DNA from: Ostreococcus lucimarinus
Taxonomy: Eukaryota
NCBI GenBank assembly: GCA_000092065.1
Contig: CP000594.1
DNA: 64,000 nucleotides
Direction: 5' to 3' (one strand)
Shown here: positions 10,737 through 21,283 of the stretch, piece by piece
How the letters are laid out: every line of letters starts with the position of its first letter
Position numbering within the stretch: the stretch's first letter is position 1
Notes under the pieces: model-generated
The model's input: only the letters and a program-made list of their open reading frames with translations
Told to the model about the DNA's origin: nothing
The model's database searches: none
Made by a program: the position numbers and the translations under genes

Positions 10737-10854
10737 CGCTTTTAACCACCACCCGCATCCCTGCGTCCCAATCCGCGCGCGCACCGTCAAAACGCGCCGC
10801 GCGCGCCGTCGCCGCGTCCGAGTCCCGCGAGAGCTAAAAGCGCGCGACGCCATC

Positions 10855-12033
10855 ATGCGCGCGAGCGTCGCTTCCGGCGCCGTCGCCGCCGCCGCGCGTC
10901 GCGCGTCGTTCCGGAATTCCGTCGACAATTCAGTGGCGTCCCTGCGACGACCGAAGCGCGTCGCGACGAGCGCGCGTCGACGCCGATCGTCGACACCGCG
11001 CGCGCACCACGGACCGATGACCAATCTGCAGTTCACGCCGGACAGCGCGCTCGCGGGAGGGCTGATTTTGGGGTCGATGGTGGTGGCGAAGCGATTGAAT
11101 TCGGGACGCAATTTGGGCGTGAGCGGGGACACCAAGGCGTTCGCGCGAGGCGAGGGTCGAGCGACGAGCGCGGCGTTTTTGATCGGACTGCTCGCGGCGG
11201 GATACGCGGCACCGATGATTCTGGGCGCGCAGGCGGCGGTGCCGATGGTGGACGCGACGCGAGCCATCGCGGCGGGCGCGCTCGTCGGAGCGGGGAGCTC
11301 GCTCGGAGGCGGGTGCACGAGCGGACACGGAATCTCTGGGATCGGACGATTGGACGTGCGAAGCGTGGCGTTCACGTGCGTGTTCATGGTCGTCGGTGCG
11401 ATCACGGTCGCGGCGACGGGAACGATGGATGAGTTACACGTGTCGCAAGCGACGAAGACGATCGACATGCTCGCGCGCTCGCCCGAGGCGAAAACGATTT
11501 TGTACGCCAAAATTTTCGCCGCCGGTGCGGCTGTCCAAGGCGTGCTCTACGCGCTCGCTAAGCGTGAGGGCGGAGGAATCACGGACGTCGTGAAGAAGCT
11601 CGAGCTCGTGAGCGAGTCCGTCGCCGGACTGTTTTTCGGTCTCGGTCTCGTCGTGAGCGGGATGACGAATCCGGCGAAAGTCGCCGGTTTTCTCGCAGTC
11701 ACCACTCAAGCTTTCGATCCGTCCTTGATGTTCGTCATGGGCGGCGCGCTCGCCCTCGTGGTTGTTTCTATGTTCCTCGCGAAGAATGCCTTGGGCGTCT
11801 CTCGTCCGGCCATGGCGCGAGAGTTCTCGACTACTCCGAAGTACGTCGACAAGTCTGTTTTGATCGGAGGCGCGCTCTTCGGCGCTGGCTGGGGCTTGGG
11901 CGGCGTTTGCCCCGGCCCGGGCCTCGTCAATCTCGTTCTGAACTCCGGTCGCGAGATCACGCTCTGGTGCGTCGCGTACTTTGCCGCGCAAGCCGTCCAA
12001 CAAAAGCTCTCCTCCCAGTACTCTCTCGAATAA
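10855..12033 (+). CDS. YeeE/YedE-family (sulfur/thiosulfate transport-like) membrane protein with an N-terminal presequence
   Basis: Two internal repeats, each with the family's GxxCxxG motif (GGGCTSGHGISG and GGVCPGPG), flanked by hydrophobic helices. Arg/Ser-rich N-terminus. Confidence 0.7.
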   Translation: MRASVASGAVAAAARRASFRNSVDNSVASLRRPKRVATSARRRRSSTPRAHHGPMTNLQFTPDSALAGGLILGSMVVAKRLNSGRNLGVSGDTKAFARGEGRATSAAFLIGLLAAGYAAPMILGAQAAVPMVDATRAIAAGALVGAGSSLGGGCTSGHGISGIGRLDVRSVAFTCVFMVVGAITVAATGTMDELHVSQATKTIDMLARSPEAKTILYAKIFAAGAAVQGVLYALAKREGGGITDVVKKLELVSESVAGLFFGLGLVVSGMTNPAKVAGFLAVTTQAFDPSLMFVMGGALALVVVSMFLAKNALGVSRPAMAREFSTTPKYVDKSVLIGGALFGAGWGLGGVCPGPGLVNLVLNSGREITLWCVAYFAAQAVQQKLSSQYSLE

Positions 12034-12111
12034 CCGCCGTCCCGCGGCTGCAATACCAAACTTCACAACGTACCCTCACACCCCCGCGCGCGCGGCGCCG
12101 TGCGATCAGCG

Positions 12112-12540
12112 ATGCTCTCGACGCGCGCGCGAGCGGCGCCGCCCTCCTTCGCGCGCGTCTCGAGCCGCTCGCGTCGCGCTCGCGTCCCCGCGGCGTCGCC
12201 GCGCGCCGTCGAGTTCGGCGCGCGGGACATCGCTTCCCTTCCTCGCGTCGCCGCGTCGTTCGCATCCGCCGGAAAACTAAAGTCGCCGGCGCCCCAGCGC
12301 GCGTCTCGCGACGTCAAAGCCCGCGGCGTGCCCGTTCTCTCGTCGCTTCCGCTCGTCGGCTGGGCGTTTTCGTCCCCAGTCGTGCTCGTGGTCTACGTTT
12401 TCGTCGCGATTAGGATGTATCTCGGCTACGACAGGACCACGTTCGGAAGCGGCGTGCCCAAGATCGCCATGTGCGGCCTGTGGCCCGTCTTGGCCGCGCT
12501 ATCGGCGTCGTTTCGCGAGAATTTAAAGCGCTCTTTGTAA
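12112..12540 (+). CDS. Hypothetical small membrane protein (~140 aa) with an organelle-type presequence and one transmembrane helix
   Basis: ATG at 12112. Arg/Ala/Ser-rich N-terminus followed by a hydrophobic stretch (LVGWAFSSPVVLVVYVFVAI). Codon composition is not the Arg-rich low-complexity seen in spurious GC ORFs. No family recognised. Confidence 0.3.
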   Translation: MLSTRARAAPPSFARVSSRSRRARVPAASPRAVEFGARDIASLPRVAASFASAGKLKSPAPQRASRDVKARGVPVLSSLPLVGWAFSSPVVLVVYVFVAIRMYLGYDRTTFGSGVPKIAMCGLWPVLAALSASFRENLKRSL

Positions 12541-12857
12541 GACTTGAGGATTTGAATGCGCCCGGGACAGGCGTCAGAACGCGACGCGACGTCGCGTCGT
12601 CGCGCGCGCGTCGTCGGACCCGCGCGCGCGCTCGAAGGCGGAAAAGACTCGCGCGCGCGATCGCGCGCGCTCGAACTCGCGCGAATCGCGACGCGCGCGT
12701 CGATAGGCGCGCGTGAACGTCGACGCGCGGTGACAGTTGCGTCGAGTAAATCGCCGCGCGGCGGCGCATGCGCCCTGGCCGATCGTCGCTCAGCGGACAG
12801 AGTTTGAACGAAGAACACCGCGCGCGCGCTCACGCGCGAGGGAGGACGTCGCTCGGG

Positions 12858-14261
12858 ATGTCGGCGTCGAACAAGCGCGCGTTCGTGTTCACGTGCCTGG
12901 GCCTCGGGTTGGTGTTCGCCGATCAAAATTTGTTAGCGCCGAATTTGACCGCCATCGCGAACGATTTGAATCTGTCGCCGAATGAGCGGGACTATAAATT
13001 AGGCGGGCAGATCGCGTTCGCGTTCTTCTTGCTCGGCGCGCCGGCGGCGGTGTTGATCGGGTCGATGGCGGATTACTATCCGCGCACGAAGCTCTTCGCG
13101 TGGACGATGCTGTTGGGATCGTGCCCCAACGTCCTGGCGTGGATGCCGGGGGTGACGACTTTTGGTCAGTTGTATTGGTTGCGCGCGCTGACGGGAATCG
13201 CGGTAGGCGGCGCGGCGCCGTTGACGTACTCCTTAATGTCAGACTTATTTCCGCCGAGCGAGCGGACGAAGATGAGCGCGGTGACGGGGCTATCGATGAC
13301 GCTCGGGATCGTCTGCGGGCAAGCGATCGCGGGATTTTTGGGGGAGTCGTACGGCTGGCGCTTGCCGTTCGCGGTGGTGGCGATTCCGGCGATATGCGTG
13401 GCCATGGTGCTGATGTTCTTTGTCGAGGAGCCCGAGCGCGGGGCGATGGAGGCGCCGCCGGACGAGGAGGCAAGTCTCGAGCAAGAGTCGCTCGTCATCC
13501 AATCGTCCTCACGACCCTCGACACCGCCGATACCACCGCGAGGGCTGCACTTCAGCGCGACCGCGGCGAAGATGTATGCGCGAAAGTTGCACGGCATCGT
13601 CTCCGTGCGCACCGTGGCGTTGTTCTTGGCGCAAGGCGTGTCGGGTTGCGTGCCGTGGAGTATGATCAACACGTTCTTCAACGATTACTTAGCGCAAGAT
13701 AAGGGGTTAGGTGTGAAGCAGAGCACGTCGATGCTGATTTTATTCGCCGTCGGCGGCATGTTAGGGACGATTTGGGCCGGGTGGTACGGCCAAATTCTTT
13801 TCAACAACAAACCGGAGAACGTATCGATTTTCATGGGATCGAGCGCAATCGTGGGGGTGTTCCCGGTGGCTTACTTGGTGTTGGCGAATTACGACAACTC
13901 CGCGTCCGACATCGCGATCAAGTCGATCTTATCCTTTATTTCGGGAGGCATCGCTTCGTGCGTCGGCGTGAACATTCGAGCGCTGTTGCTCAACGTCCTG
14001 CATCCCATGAATCGCGGCACCGCGTTTTCCCTCTTCATGCTCACCGACGATTTAGGCAAAGGATTCGGACCTCTCGTCGTCGCCGGCTTCGTCGCCGCGT
14101 TCGGTCGCGAGACGGCCTTTTTCATCTCGGTTTTGTTCTGGATTCCTTGCGGGTGTCTTCTCGCCGCCTCGTGCTACACGCTGAAACGAGATTTACAAAC
14201 CGCCGCTGCGCGTTACCAAACAGAACGCGCCGAAGAAAATCGTTCGGTTCGATTGGATTAG
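12858..14261 (+). CDS. Major-facilitator-superfamily transporter, Spinster (SPNS)-like
   Basis: 12 predicted helices, a GxxxDRxGRK-like loop (GSMADYYPRTK) and the Spinster-like N-terminal region (LLAPNLTAIANDLNLS). The ORF begins at 12768; the first ATG in a sensible context is 12858. Confidence 0.7.
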   Translation: MSASNKRAFVFTCLGLGLVFADQNLLAPNLTAIANDLNLSPNERDYKLGGQIAFAFFLLGAPAAVLIGSMADYYPRTKLFAWTMLLGSCPNVLAWMPGVTTFGQLYWLRALTGIAVGGAAPLTYSLMSDLFPPSERTKMSAVTGLSMTLGIVCGQAIAGFLGESYGWRLPFAVVAIPAICVAMVLMFFVEEPERGAMEAPPDEEASLEQESLVIQSSSRPSTPPIPPRGLHFSATAAKMYARKLHGIVSVRTVALFLAQGVSGCVPWSMINTFFNDYLAQDKGLGVKQSTSMLILFAVGGMLGTIWAGWYGQILFNNKPENVSIFMGSSAIVGVFPVAYLVLANYDNSASDIAIKSILSFISGGIASCVGVNIRALLLNVLHPMNRGTAFSLFMLTDDLGKGFGPLVVAGFVAAFGRETAFFISVLFWIPCGCLLAASCYTLKRDLQTAAARYQTERAEENRSVRLD

Positions 14262-14337
14262 CCCTTCTTCGCGCCCGCTGTAGATTATCCCTCATTTCAA
14301 TCCGACGCGCTCGCGTCACTAATCCCCTCGCCGCGCC

Positions 14338-15228
14338 ATGGCGCCCTTCAACCTGAAAACGATCAGCGTCACCCGCGCCCACCACGGCACCTTACATCGG
14401 CTCCAACACGACTCCGAAACCTTGAGCTCGGTCGCGACTTTCGCCGTGTTCGTTCCCGGCGCGGTCGAAGACTTCAAAGACAAATTCCCCCTCTTGTTGT
14501 ACCTCTCCGGATTGACGTGCACGGACGAAAATGTGGCGCAGAAAGGGTGCGCGTTCGAGCACTGCCACGCGCGGCGCGTGGCCATGGTCATGCCGGACAC
14601 GTCACCGCGAGGAGACGACGCGGCGGACGACGAGGCGTGGGATTTAGGGAAGGGGGCTGGATTTTATGTAGACGCGTCGGCGGCGCCGTGGTCTCGACAC
14701 TACAAAACGTACTCGTACGTCACGAAAGAGCTGCCGAAAGTGCTGCGGGCGTGCGATTTTGCCGATGCGTTGGATCACGAGCGAGTGTCGATCTCGGGGC
14801 ACTCGATGGGGGGACACGGGGCGTTGACGTTGGCGCTGAGAAATCCAAACGCGTACGCGAGCGCGAGCGCGTTCGCTCCGATTGCTAATCCGACGGCGTC
14901 GGATTGCCCGTGGGGACAAAAGGCGCTCAAGGCCTACCTTGGGAGCGCGGATTGCGATGAGGCGAAATCGCACGACGCGACGGAGCTCGTGAAGAGCGTC
15001 GAGGCGGGCACGTTTAAGATGCCGATTTTAATTGATCAAGGCGCGGCGGACTCCTTTTATAAGACGCAGTTGCACCCTGAGCGTTTCGTGGACGCGGCGA
15101 AAGAGCGTGGATGTGATGTCACGTATCGTCTGCACGATGGTTACGATCATAGCTACTTTTTTGTTTCCACGTTCATGCGCGAGCACATCGAGTTCCACGC
15201 CGCGGCGCTGGGAAGTCTTAAAATTTAA
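14338..15228 (+). CDS. S-formylglutathione hydrolase (esterase D)
   Basis: Near-collinear with human ESD: LYLSGLTCTDEN, MPDTSPRG, GAGFYVDA, GHSMGGHGAL (GxSxG), FAPI.NP..CPWGQKA, HDGYDHSYFF. Confidence 0.9.
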   Translation: MAPFNLKTISVTRAHHGTLHRLQHDSETLSSVATFAVFVPGAVEDFKDKFPLLLYLSGLTCTDENVAQKGCAFEHCHARRVAMVMPDTSPRGDDAADDEAWDLGKGAGFYVDASAAPWSRHYKTYSYVTKELPKVLRACDFADALDHERVSISGHSMGGHGALTLALRNPNAYASASAFAPIANPTASDCPWGQKALKAYLGSADCDEAKSHDATELVKSVEAGTFKMPILIDQGAADSFYKTQLHPERFVDAAKERGCDVTYRLHDGYDHSYFFVSTFMREHIEFHAAALGSLKI

Positions 15229-15282
15229 TGACATTGATAATCGGTTGTGAAAGTAATTATACGGTTGAGAAGGACCGCTTGA

Positions 15283-16559
<1,277 letters not shown>

Positions 16560-16678
16560 TCAGTGGCGACGCGCGAACGCGAAGGGGACGTTTTTCGCGA
16601 CGACGATTCGACGACGACGGCGCGGGAAACGACGAGGCGTCGCGACGGACGGCGCGCGGAGTTACAAGCGAGCGTCCG

Positions 16679-16906
16679 CTACGGCTTGGCGCTCGCGAGG
16701 GGGGCGACGTACTGCGTGGACTGCTGAAACGCCTCGATCTCGCGGTGAATCGCGTCGACGGCGTCGGGCTGGACGAGGACGCGACGCGCGTCGAGGTCGA
16801 CGACGACGAACTTGCGCTCCGCGGGCGCGACGTCGTTGAGGTGGAGGATGTACTGCTTGATGGGGACGTCGGCGGTGATCATGACGCCGTGGACGGCGGA
16901 GACCAT
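16679..16906 (-). CDS. GTF2H5: General transcription factor IIH subunit 5 (p8/TTDA/Tfb5)
   Basis: MVSAVHGVMITADVPIKQYILHLNDVAPAERKFVVVDLDARRVLVQPDAV aligns with human GTF2H5 [45 protein letters not shown]. Length ~75 aa as expected. Confidence 0.75.
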   Translation of the reverse strand: MVSAVHGVMITADVPIKQYILHLNDVAPAERKFVVVDLDARRVLVQPDAVDAIHREIEAFQQSTQYVAPLASAKP

Positions 16907-17020
16907 GGCGCGCGCCAGGCGCGGTCTGCGGGTCGCGGCGACGACGCGCGCGGCGAAGGGAGAAATGGGCTAAAACGAGGGCTAAAACGAAGACCGATGG
17001 CGAGGTCGGTGATGGCTAAA

Positions 17021-18064
17021 TCATGGCGCGCCGTAGAGCCGCGCCCACGGTGGACGCGGGGCGTGGACGTCGACGCGGAGGTTGGATTTGGGGTGGCGAA
17101 ACGCGACGCGCTCGGCGTGGAGCAACGCGCCGGCGACGCGACGCGCGGAGAAAGGCGCGTCGATCGGTCCGTCGCGAGTCGCGGCGATCGGTCCGCCGTA
17201 TCTCACGTCGCCGACGAGCGGAAGTCCGAGCGACGCGCAGTGAAGTCTGATCTGGTGCGTGCGACCGGTGAGCGGGGAGCAACGCGCCAACGCGACGCGG
17301 TGTCGTCGGCGGTCGGCGTCGTCGGCGGTCGGCGGTTCGCAAAATCGCAGCGCCACGCCGTCGGTGATCACGCGCTCGACGATGATCGTGGTTTCGGCGT
17401 GCTTGACCTTGACCTTTTTGTTCCCGGGAAGCGCGCGGCCGATGTCCGCGGCGTCGTAGAGACGGAAGAGGCCGTATTTCGCGCGGCCCCAACCCGTGAA
17501 TACTCTGCGATGATCTTCAACGCCGTCGTAATCCGCCGTCGCCGCGCACAGCGCGACGTACGTCTTCTGCACCGTGCCGTCGGCGAATTGCGCCGACAAG
17601 CTGCGAATGGCGTCTCGATTTCGCGCGACGACGAGACATCCGGAGGTGTCGCGGTCGAGTCTGTGAACGACGCGCGCCGACTCCGAGGCGTTGAACGGCA
17701 CGTCCCGCGTCGTCGCGCGGTTATCGACCGTGGTCGCATCATCGCATTTCACCATGCCTCGCTCGACGAGGCGTTCTATATCGTGCACGTACGTCTGCGC
17801 AGGCTTGTTCAGGACGTAGACGTCGTCGTCGACGTACACCGCGAGCAACGGGACGCCGGCGGCTGCGTCCGCTCTCGCCGCGCGTTCGCACGACTCCGCG
17901 CGCTCGCCCTCGATCGCGCGCGCTGCATCACTCGGCGGCCCAGGACGGAGCGTCGGTTTGGGATATTCGGTCGACATCTCGCCGCGAGGCGATAAATGAT
18001 GAGACGCAGGGCGAAACCTCGAGCGTCCAGCGTCGCAAACTTTTGCGACGCGAATGACGCTCAC
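17021..18064 (-). CDS. RluA-family pseudouridine synthase; the probable true start is the ATG at 17977
   Basis: Catalytic motif HRLDRDTSGCLVVARN plus the conserved downstream KTYVALC block. The ORF's 5' GTG start is an over-extension. Confidence 0.8.
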   Translation of the reverse strand: MSVIRVAKVCDAGRSRFRPASHHLSPRGEMSTEYPKPTLRPGPPSDAARAIEGERAESCERAARADAAAGVPLLAVYVDDDVYVLNKPAQTYVHDIERLVERGMVKCDDATTVDNRATTRDVPFNASESARVVHRLDRDTSGCLVVARNRDAIRSLSAQFADGTVQKTYVALCAATADYDGVEDHRRVFTGWGRAKYGLFRLYDAADIGRALPGNKKVKVKHAETTIIVERVITDGVALRFCEPPTADDADRRRHRVALARCSPLTGRTHQIRLHCASLGLPLVGDVRYGGPIAATRDGPIDAPFSARRVAGALLHAERVAFRHPKSNLRVDVHAPRPPWARLYGAP

Positions 18065-18074
18065 CCCATTTTAC

Positions 18075-19052
18075 CTACGGTACAGCACAGTGACGACCGC
18101 CGATATACGCATACGTCGGTCTTTCATAACGTGGAATCCGCGTCGCACTCTTGAGGTAGCGATCGATCGGCGGTTCGCGAGCGACGGCGGTTAAGAATTC
18201 ACCACACCGCGGCAAATTCAGACGCGTCGCGAAATCGGGCACTAAATCCTCCTCCGCGAGCTCGAACAGCGTTTCGAATAAAGCTAAATCGACATACGTC
18301 AACGACTCGCCGACGAGCCGCGAATTTCCGTTACGCTCTAGGATTTCCTCGAACACGCGCAGCGCCTGCCGCGAACGCGCCGGCACCGATAAATTATTCA
18401 CGCGATGCGTCTCTTGAAACCTCGCGCACTCAGCGTCTTCGCGTCTTTCAATGCTCTCTTTCAATGCCCTCGCGCTGTACAGCTGTCCATCGTGCGTCAA
18501 TCCGCCGTTGCGAATAGTGTGCCAATATTGCATAAAGAGTTCGTCGACGCGCGCGCGCTCATACTCGTTCGCGCCGTCCAAACTCAACTCTCGCCCCAGG
18601 TATCTGATTATCGCCGTTTCGTGGGAAACGTCGTTCGCACACCCATCGATGTCTACCAAACTCGGCGTCTTCCCGAACGGCGTCTTCGGTTTCACTTTCG
18701 GCCACGCGAGGTAGCCGACGACTTCGACCGCGTGCGGCGCTCGCGCGAGTTCGAGCATCATCCGAATTACCTCGGCGCGATTCCGCATCGGCATGTACTG
18801 CAGCCAATATTTCGCAGCCTTCGCGCCGTCGCCGTCGCAGTGGCGGTACATCACCGCGTGGACGTCCGTGCTCCATAAATCTTTCGACGCGAAGAGTTGC
18901 TTTTTCAACGCCTCGGGCGTGATTTCCGCGAGCGTTTCGTCGCGTTTCGCGCGCGCGGCGACGCGTCGCGCGCGCGCGCGCGTCACAGTCGCGCGCGGTC
19001 TCGTCGCGCGCCGCGCCGCGCGCGGCGTCGGCGCGGGTCGCGCCGCGAGCAT
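18075..19052 (-). CDS. Glutathione S-transferase-fold protein with an Arg-rich N-terminal presequence
   Basis: Thioredoxin-like N-domain and helical GST C-domain pattern (KPKTPFGKTPSLVDIDG...ETAIIRYLG...RARVDELF...). The class cannot be assigned. Confidence 0.5.
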   Translation of the reverse strand: MLAARPAPTPRAARRATRPRATVTRARARRVAARAKRDETLAEITPEALKKQLFASKDLWSTDVHAVMYRHCDGDGAKAAKYWLQYMPMRNRAEVIRMMLELARAPHAVEVVGYLAWPKVKPKTPFGKTPSLVDIDGCANDVSHETAIIRYLGRELSLDGANEYERARVDELFMQYWHTIRNGGLTHDGQLYSARALKESIERREDAECARFQETHRVNNLSVPARSRQALRVFEEILERNGNSRLVGESLTYVDLALFETLFELAEEDLVPDFATRLNLPRCGEFLTAVAREPPIDRYLKSATRIPRYERPTYAYIGGRHCAVP

Positions 19053-19110
19053 CGTTTTAAAGATGATTTCAGGAGAAACAGGATGATAAAGTGATATTAC
19101 AGCGCGCGCG

Positions 19111-20821
19111 CTACGAGGACGCGAGACGCTTGGGAGAGACGTCGACCGCCACGGCGTCGACGAACGCCACGCGATCGTCGTCGATGACCTCTAAGTCGGG
19201 TGCGAGTAACTGCACGTAACGGTCAAAGTAAATCAGTTGTTTGATCAAGATGCCGAACGCTTTGGGGAGTTTGATTTTGTTCTCCTCGGCGGCGACGATC
19301 AAGTCGGAGGCCAACTGCGTCACTTGCTGTTGGTCGACGGTCACGGCGGCGCGAGGGGTGCCGTCGAAGGTGTCTTCATCGACAAGAACAGTCGGTTCGA
19401 TGGAATCTAAGGTTTCGTAGACTTTGCGTAAATCATTAGCGAATTTCTTGACGTCGACTTCGCCGTCGGTGGCCCCCATCGTCACCAGCGCGAGCGCCAT
19501 GCGCTCGTAATCGCGCGCGGCGGTGGATTGGAAAAAAGCTTGCACCGCGCCCCAAATTGACGGGGAAATTTTGCCGACGATGCCGAAGTCGATGAAACCA
19601 ACGCGCCCGTCCGGACAAACGATCAGATTACCCGCGTGCACGTCGGCGTGAAAACTCTCGCACGCCAGCACGCTGCCAAACCAAACGTTGAGCGCGTTGA
19701 TGAGCGTCGCCTCGGGATCGCGCGTGCTCACCGAACGAATCGCCTCCAAGTCCGTGAGCGGGACGCCAGAGAAGTACTCCATCACCATCACTCGTTTACC
19801 ACTAAATTGTTTGTACACTTGCGGCGCCTTGGCGATGTTCGTCAGTTCCGCGTCTTCAAGGTATCGTCGAAAAGCGTCGACGTTTTGCGCCTCCTTTCTA
19901 AAATCCGTCTCCTCCAACATCGACTCTCGAATGTCTCCGACGATGTCCACCAACGATGTTCGCGAGAGTTCAGGATTCAAAAACTGTAACACCTTGCTCA
20001 CGATTTAACACAAAGCTCAAATCCGCCTTGAGCGTGTCCTCGACGTTCGGTTTCAGCACCTTGACGACGACGTCTCGCCCGCTTCCGAGCAGCGTCGCTC
20101 GATGCACCTGCGCCACGCTCGCGCTCGCCAAAGGCACCGGATCGATCGTCGCGAACACATCATCTATAGAACGTCCCAAGTCTTTCTCGATCGTCCGCTT
20201 AATGATGGAAAAATCCGTCACCTCGGTCGCGTCCAGGCACTTTTGAAACTCCTCCACGTACTCCTTCGGAAACACGCTCGGCGCGCTCGCGATGAACTGT
20301 CCCAATTTCACGTACGTCGCCCCCAGCGCCTCAAACGTCCGTCGCACGATCACCGGCGCCGTCGGCGGGTTCTCCATCGACAACTCCCCGAAAGATCTCA
20401 CCGCCAGCGCCGCGAGCGACTCCACCGCGTTCAGCGTCCTCGCCACGCCCGGCGTCCCCGCGCCCGCCGCGATGCCCGCGATTTCGCTCATCAGCACCCT
20501 CGCCTCATCCGCCCTTCGCAACGCCTCCCGCGCGTCGAACGTCGCGCTCGCGCTCGCGAACGGGTTCGCCTCGAACGCGTTCCCGTCGTCGCGCGCGCCG
20601 GTCTCCCCCGGGATCGACCGCGAGCGCGCGCGGCGCGTCACGATGCGTTTCGACGTCATCGCGTTCGCGCGCGTTTTCGACGTCATCGCGTTCGCGCCTC
20701 GTCGCCGCGCATCGCGCGACGCCGACGCGTCCGCAACGCGCGCGATGTGCGCGCGCATGCTCGCGCGCGGGTTCGATCGTCGCACGCGCCGCGCGTCGCC
20801 GAGTGCGGCGCGCGTCTTCAT
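19111..20821 (-). CDS. ABC1/ADCK (UbiB-family) atypical kinase. Reading through needs a +1 correction at about 20002.
   Basis: ABC1-domain motifs: ATYVKLGQFIASAPSVFPKEYVEEF, ASASVAQVHRA, VVKVLKPNVE, ...ADLSFVLN / SKVLQFLNPELSRTSLVDIVGDIRESMLEE.DF..EA.N, MEYFSGVPLTD, HADVHAGNL, GFIDFGIVG. It is split into ORFs 19970..20821 and 19111..20001. Confidence 0.85.
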
Positions 20822-20892
20822 CGCGTCAAAACGCAGCGCGACGAGCGACCTCGTCGCACGCGCGCGCGCACGCCGCGTCGGAAGCGACTCGA

Positions 20893-21129
20893 ATGGCGTG
20901 GACGAACTTCATCATCACCGCCACGGGCCTGATCGCCGTCGCGTCGCTGATGCGCACGGACGTGCGACAATCGTCACGAATGTTGAGACAGAATTTAAAA
21001 ACCATTCGACGCTGGGTCGAGGACGGCGCCGAGGCGACGGCGAAGACGAGCGAAAAAACCCTCGGGGACACCGCGGTCGGGAAAGCGATGAAAGAGATGC
21101 GCGACGAGGCGATGAAGAAGAAGGATTGA
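20893..21129 (+). CDS. Candidate small (78 aa) N-terminally anchored membrane protein; hypothetical
   Basis: ATG at 20893. MAWTNFIITATGLIAVASLM (one TM) followed by a charged tail ending KEMRDEAMKKKD. Noticeably AT-richer, protein-like codon usage compared with surrounding Arg-rich spurious ORFs. Lies in the ABC1/EXS intergenic region. Confidence 0.35.
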   Translation: MAWTNFIITATGLIAVASLMRTDVRQSSRMLRQNLKTIRRWVEDGAEATAKTSEKTLGDTAVGKAMKEMRDEAMKKKD

Positions 21130-21283
21130 GGACGAGGTTGAAAGGCTTTTTGAGATTGGCGCAGACGCGGCGAGGTCGACGTCGAACGAGGGAGAGGTTT
21201 GCGTCGATCGATACGCTAGGCGGAAGTGCGGTCGAACTGCGTTCGGTTGGAGGGCGACGCGCGGAGGGGCGATCGAGGACGAG

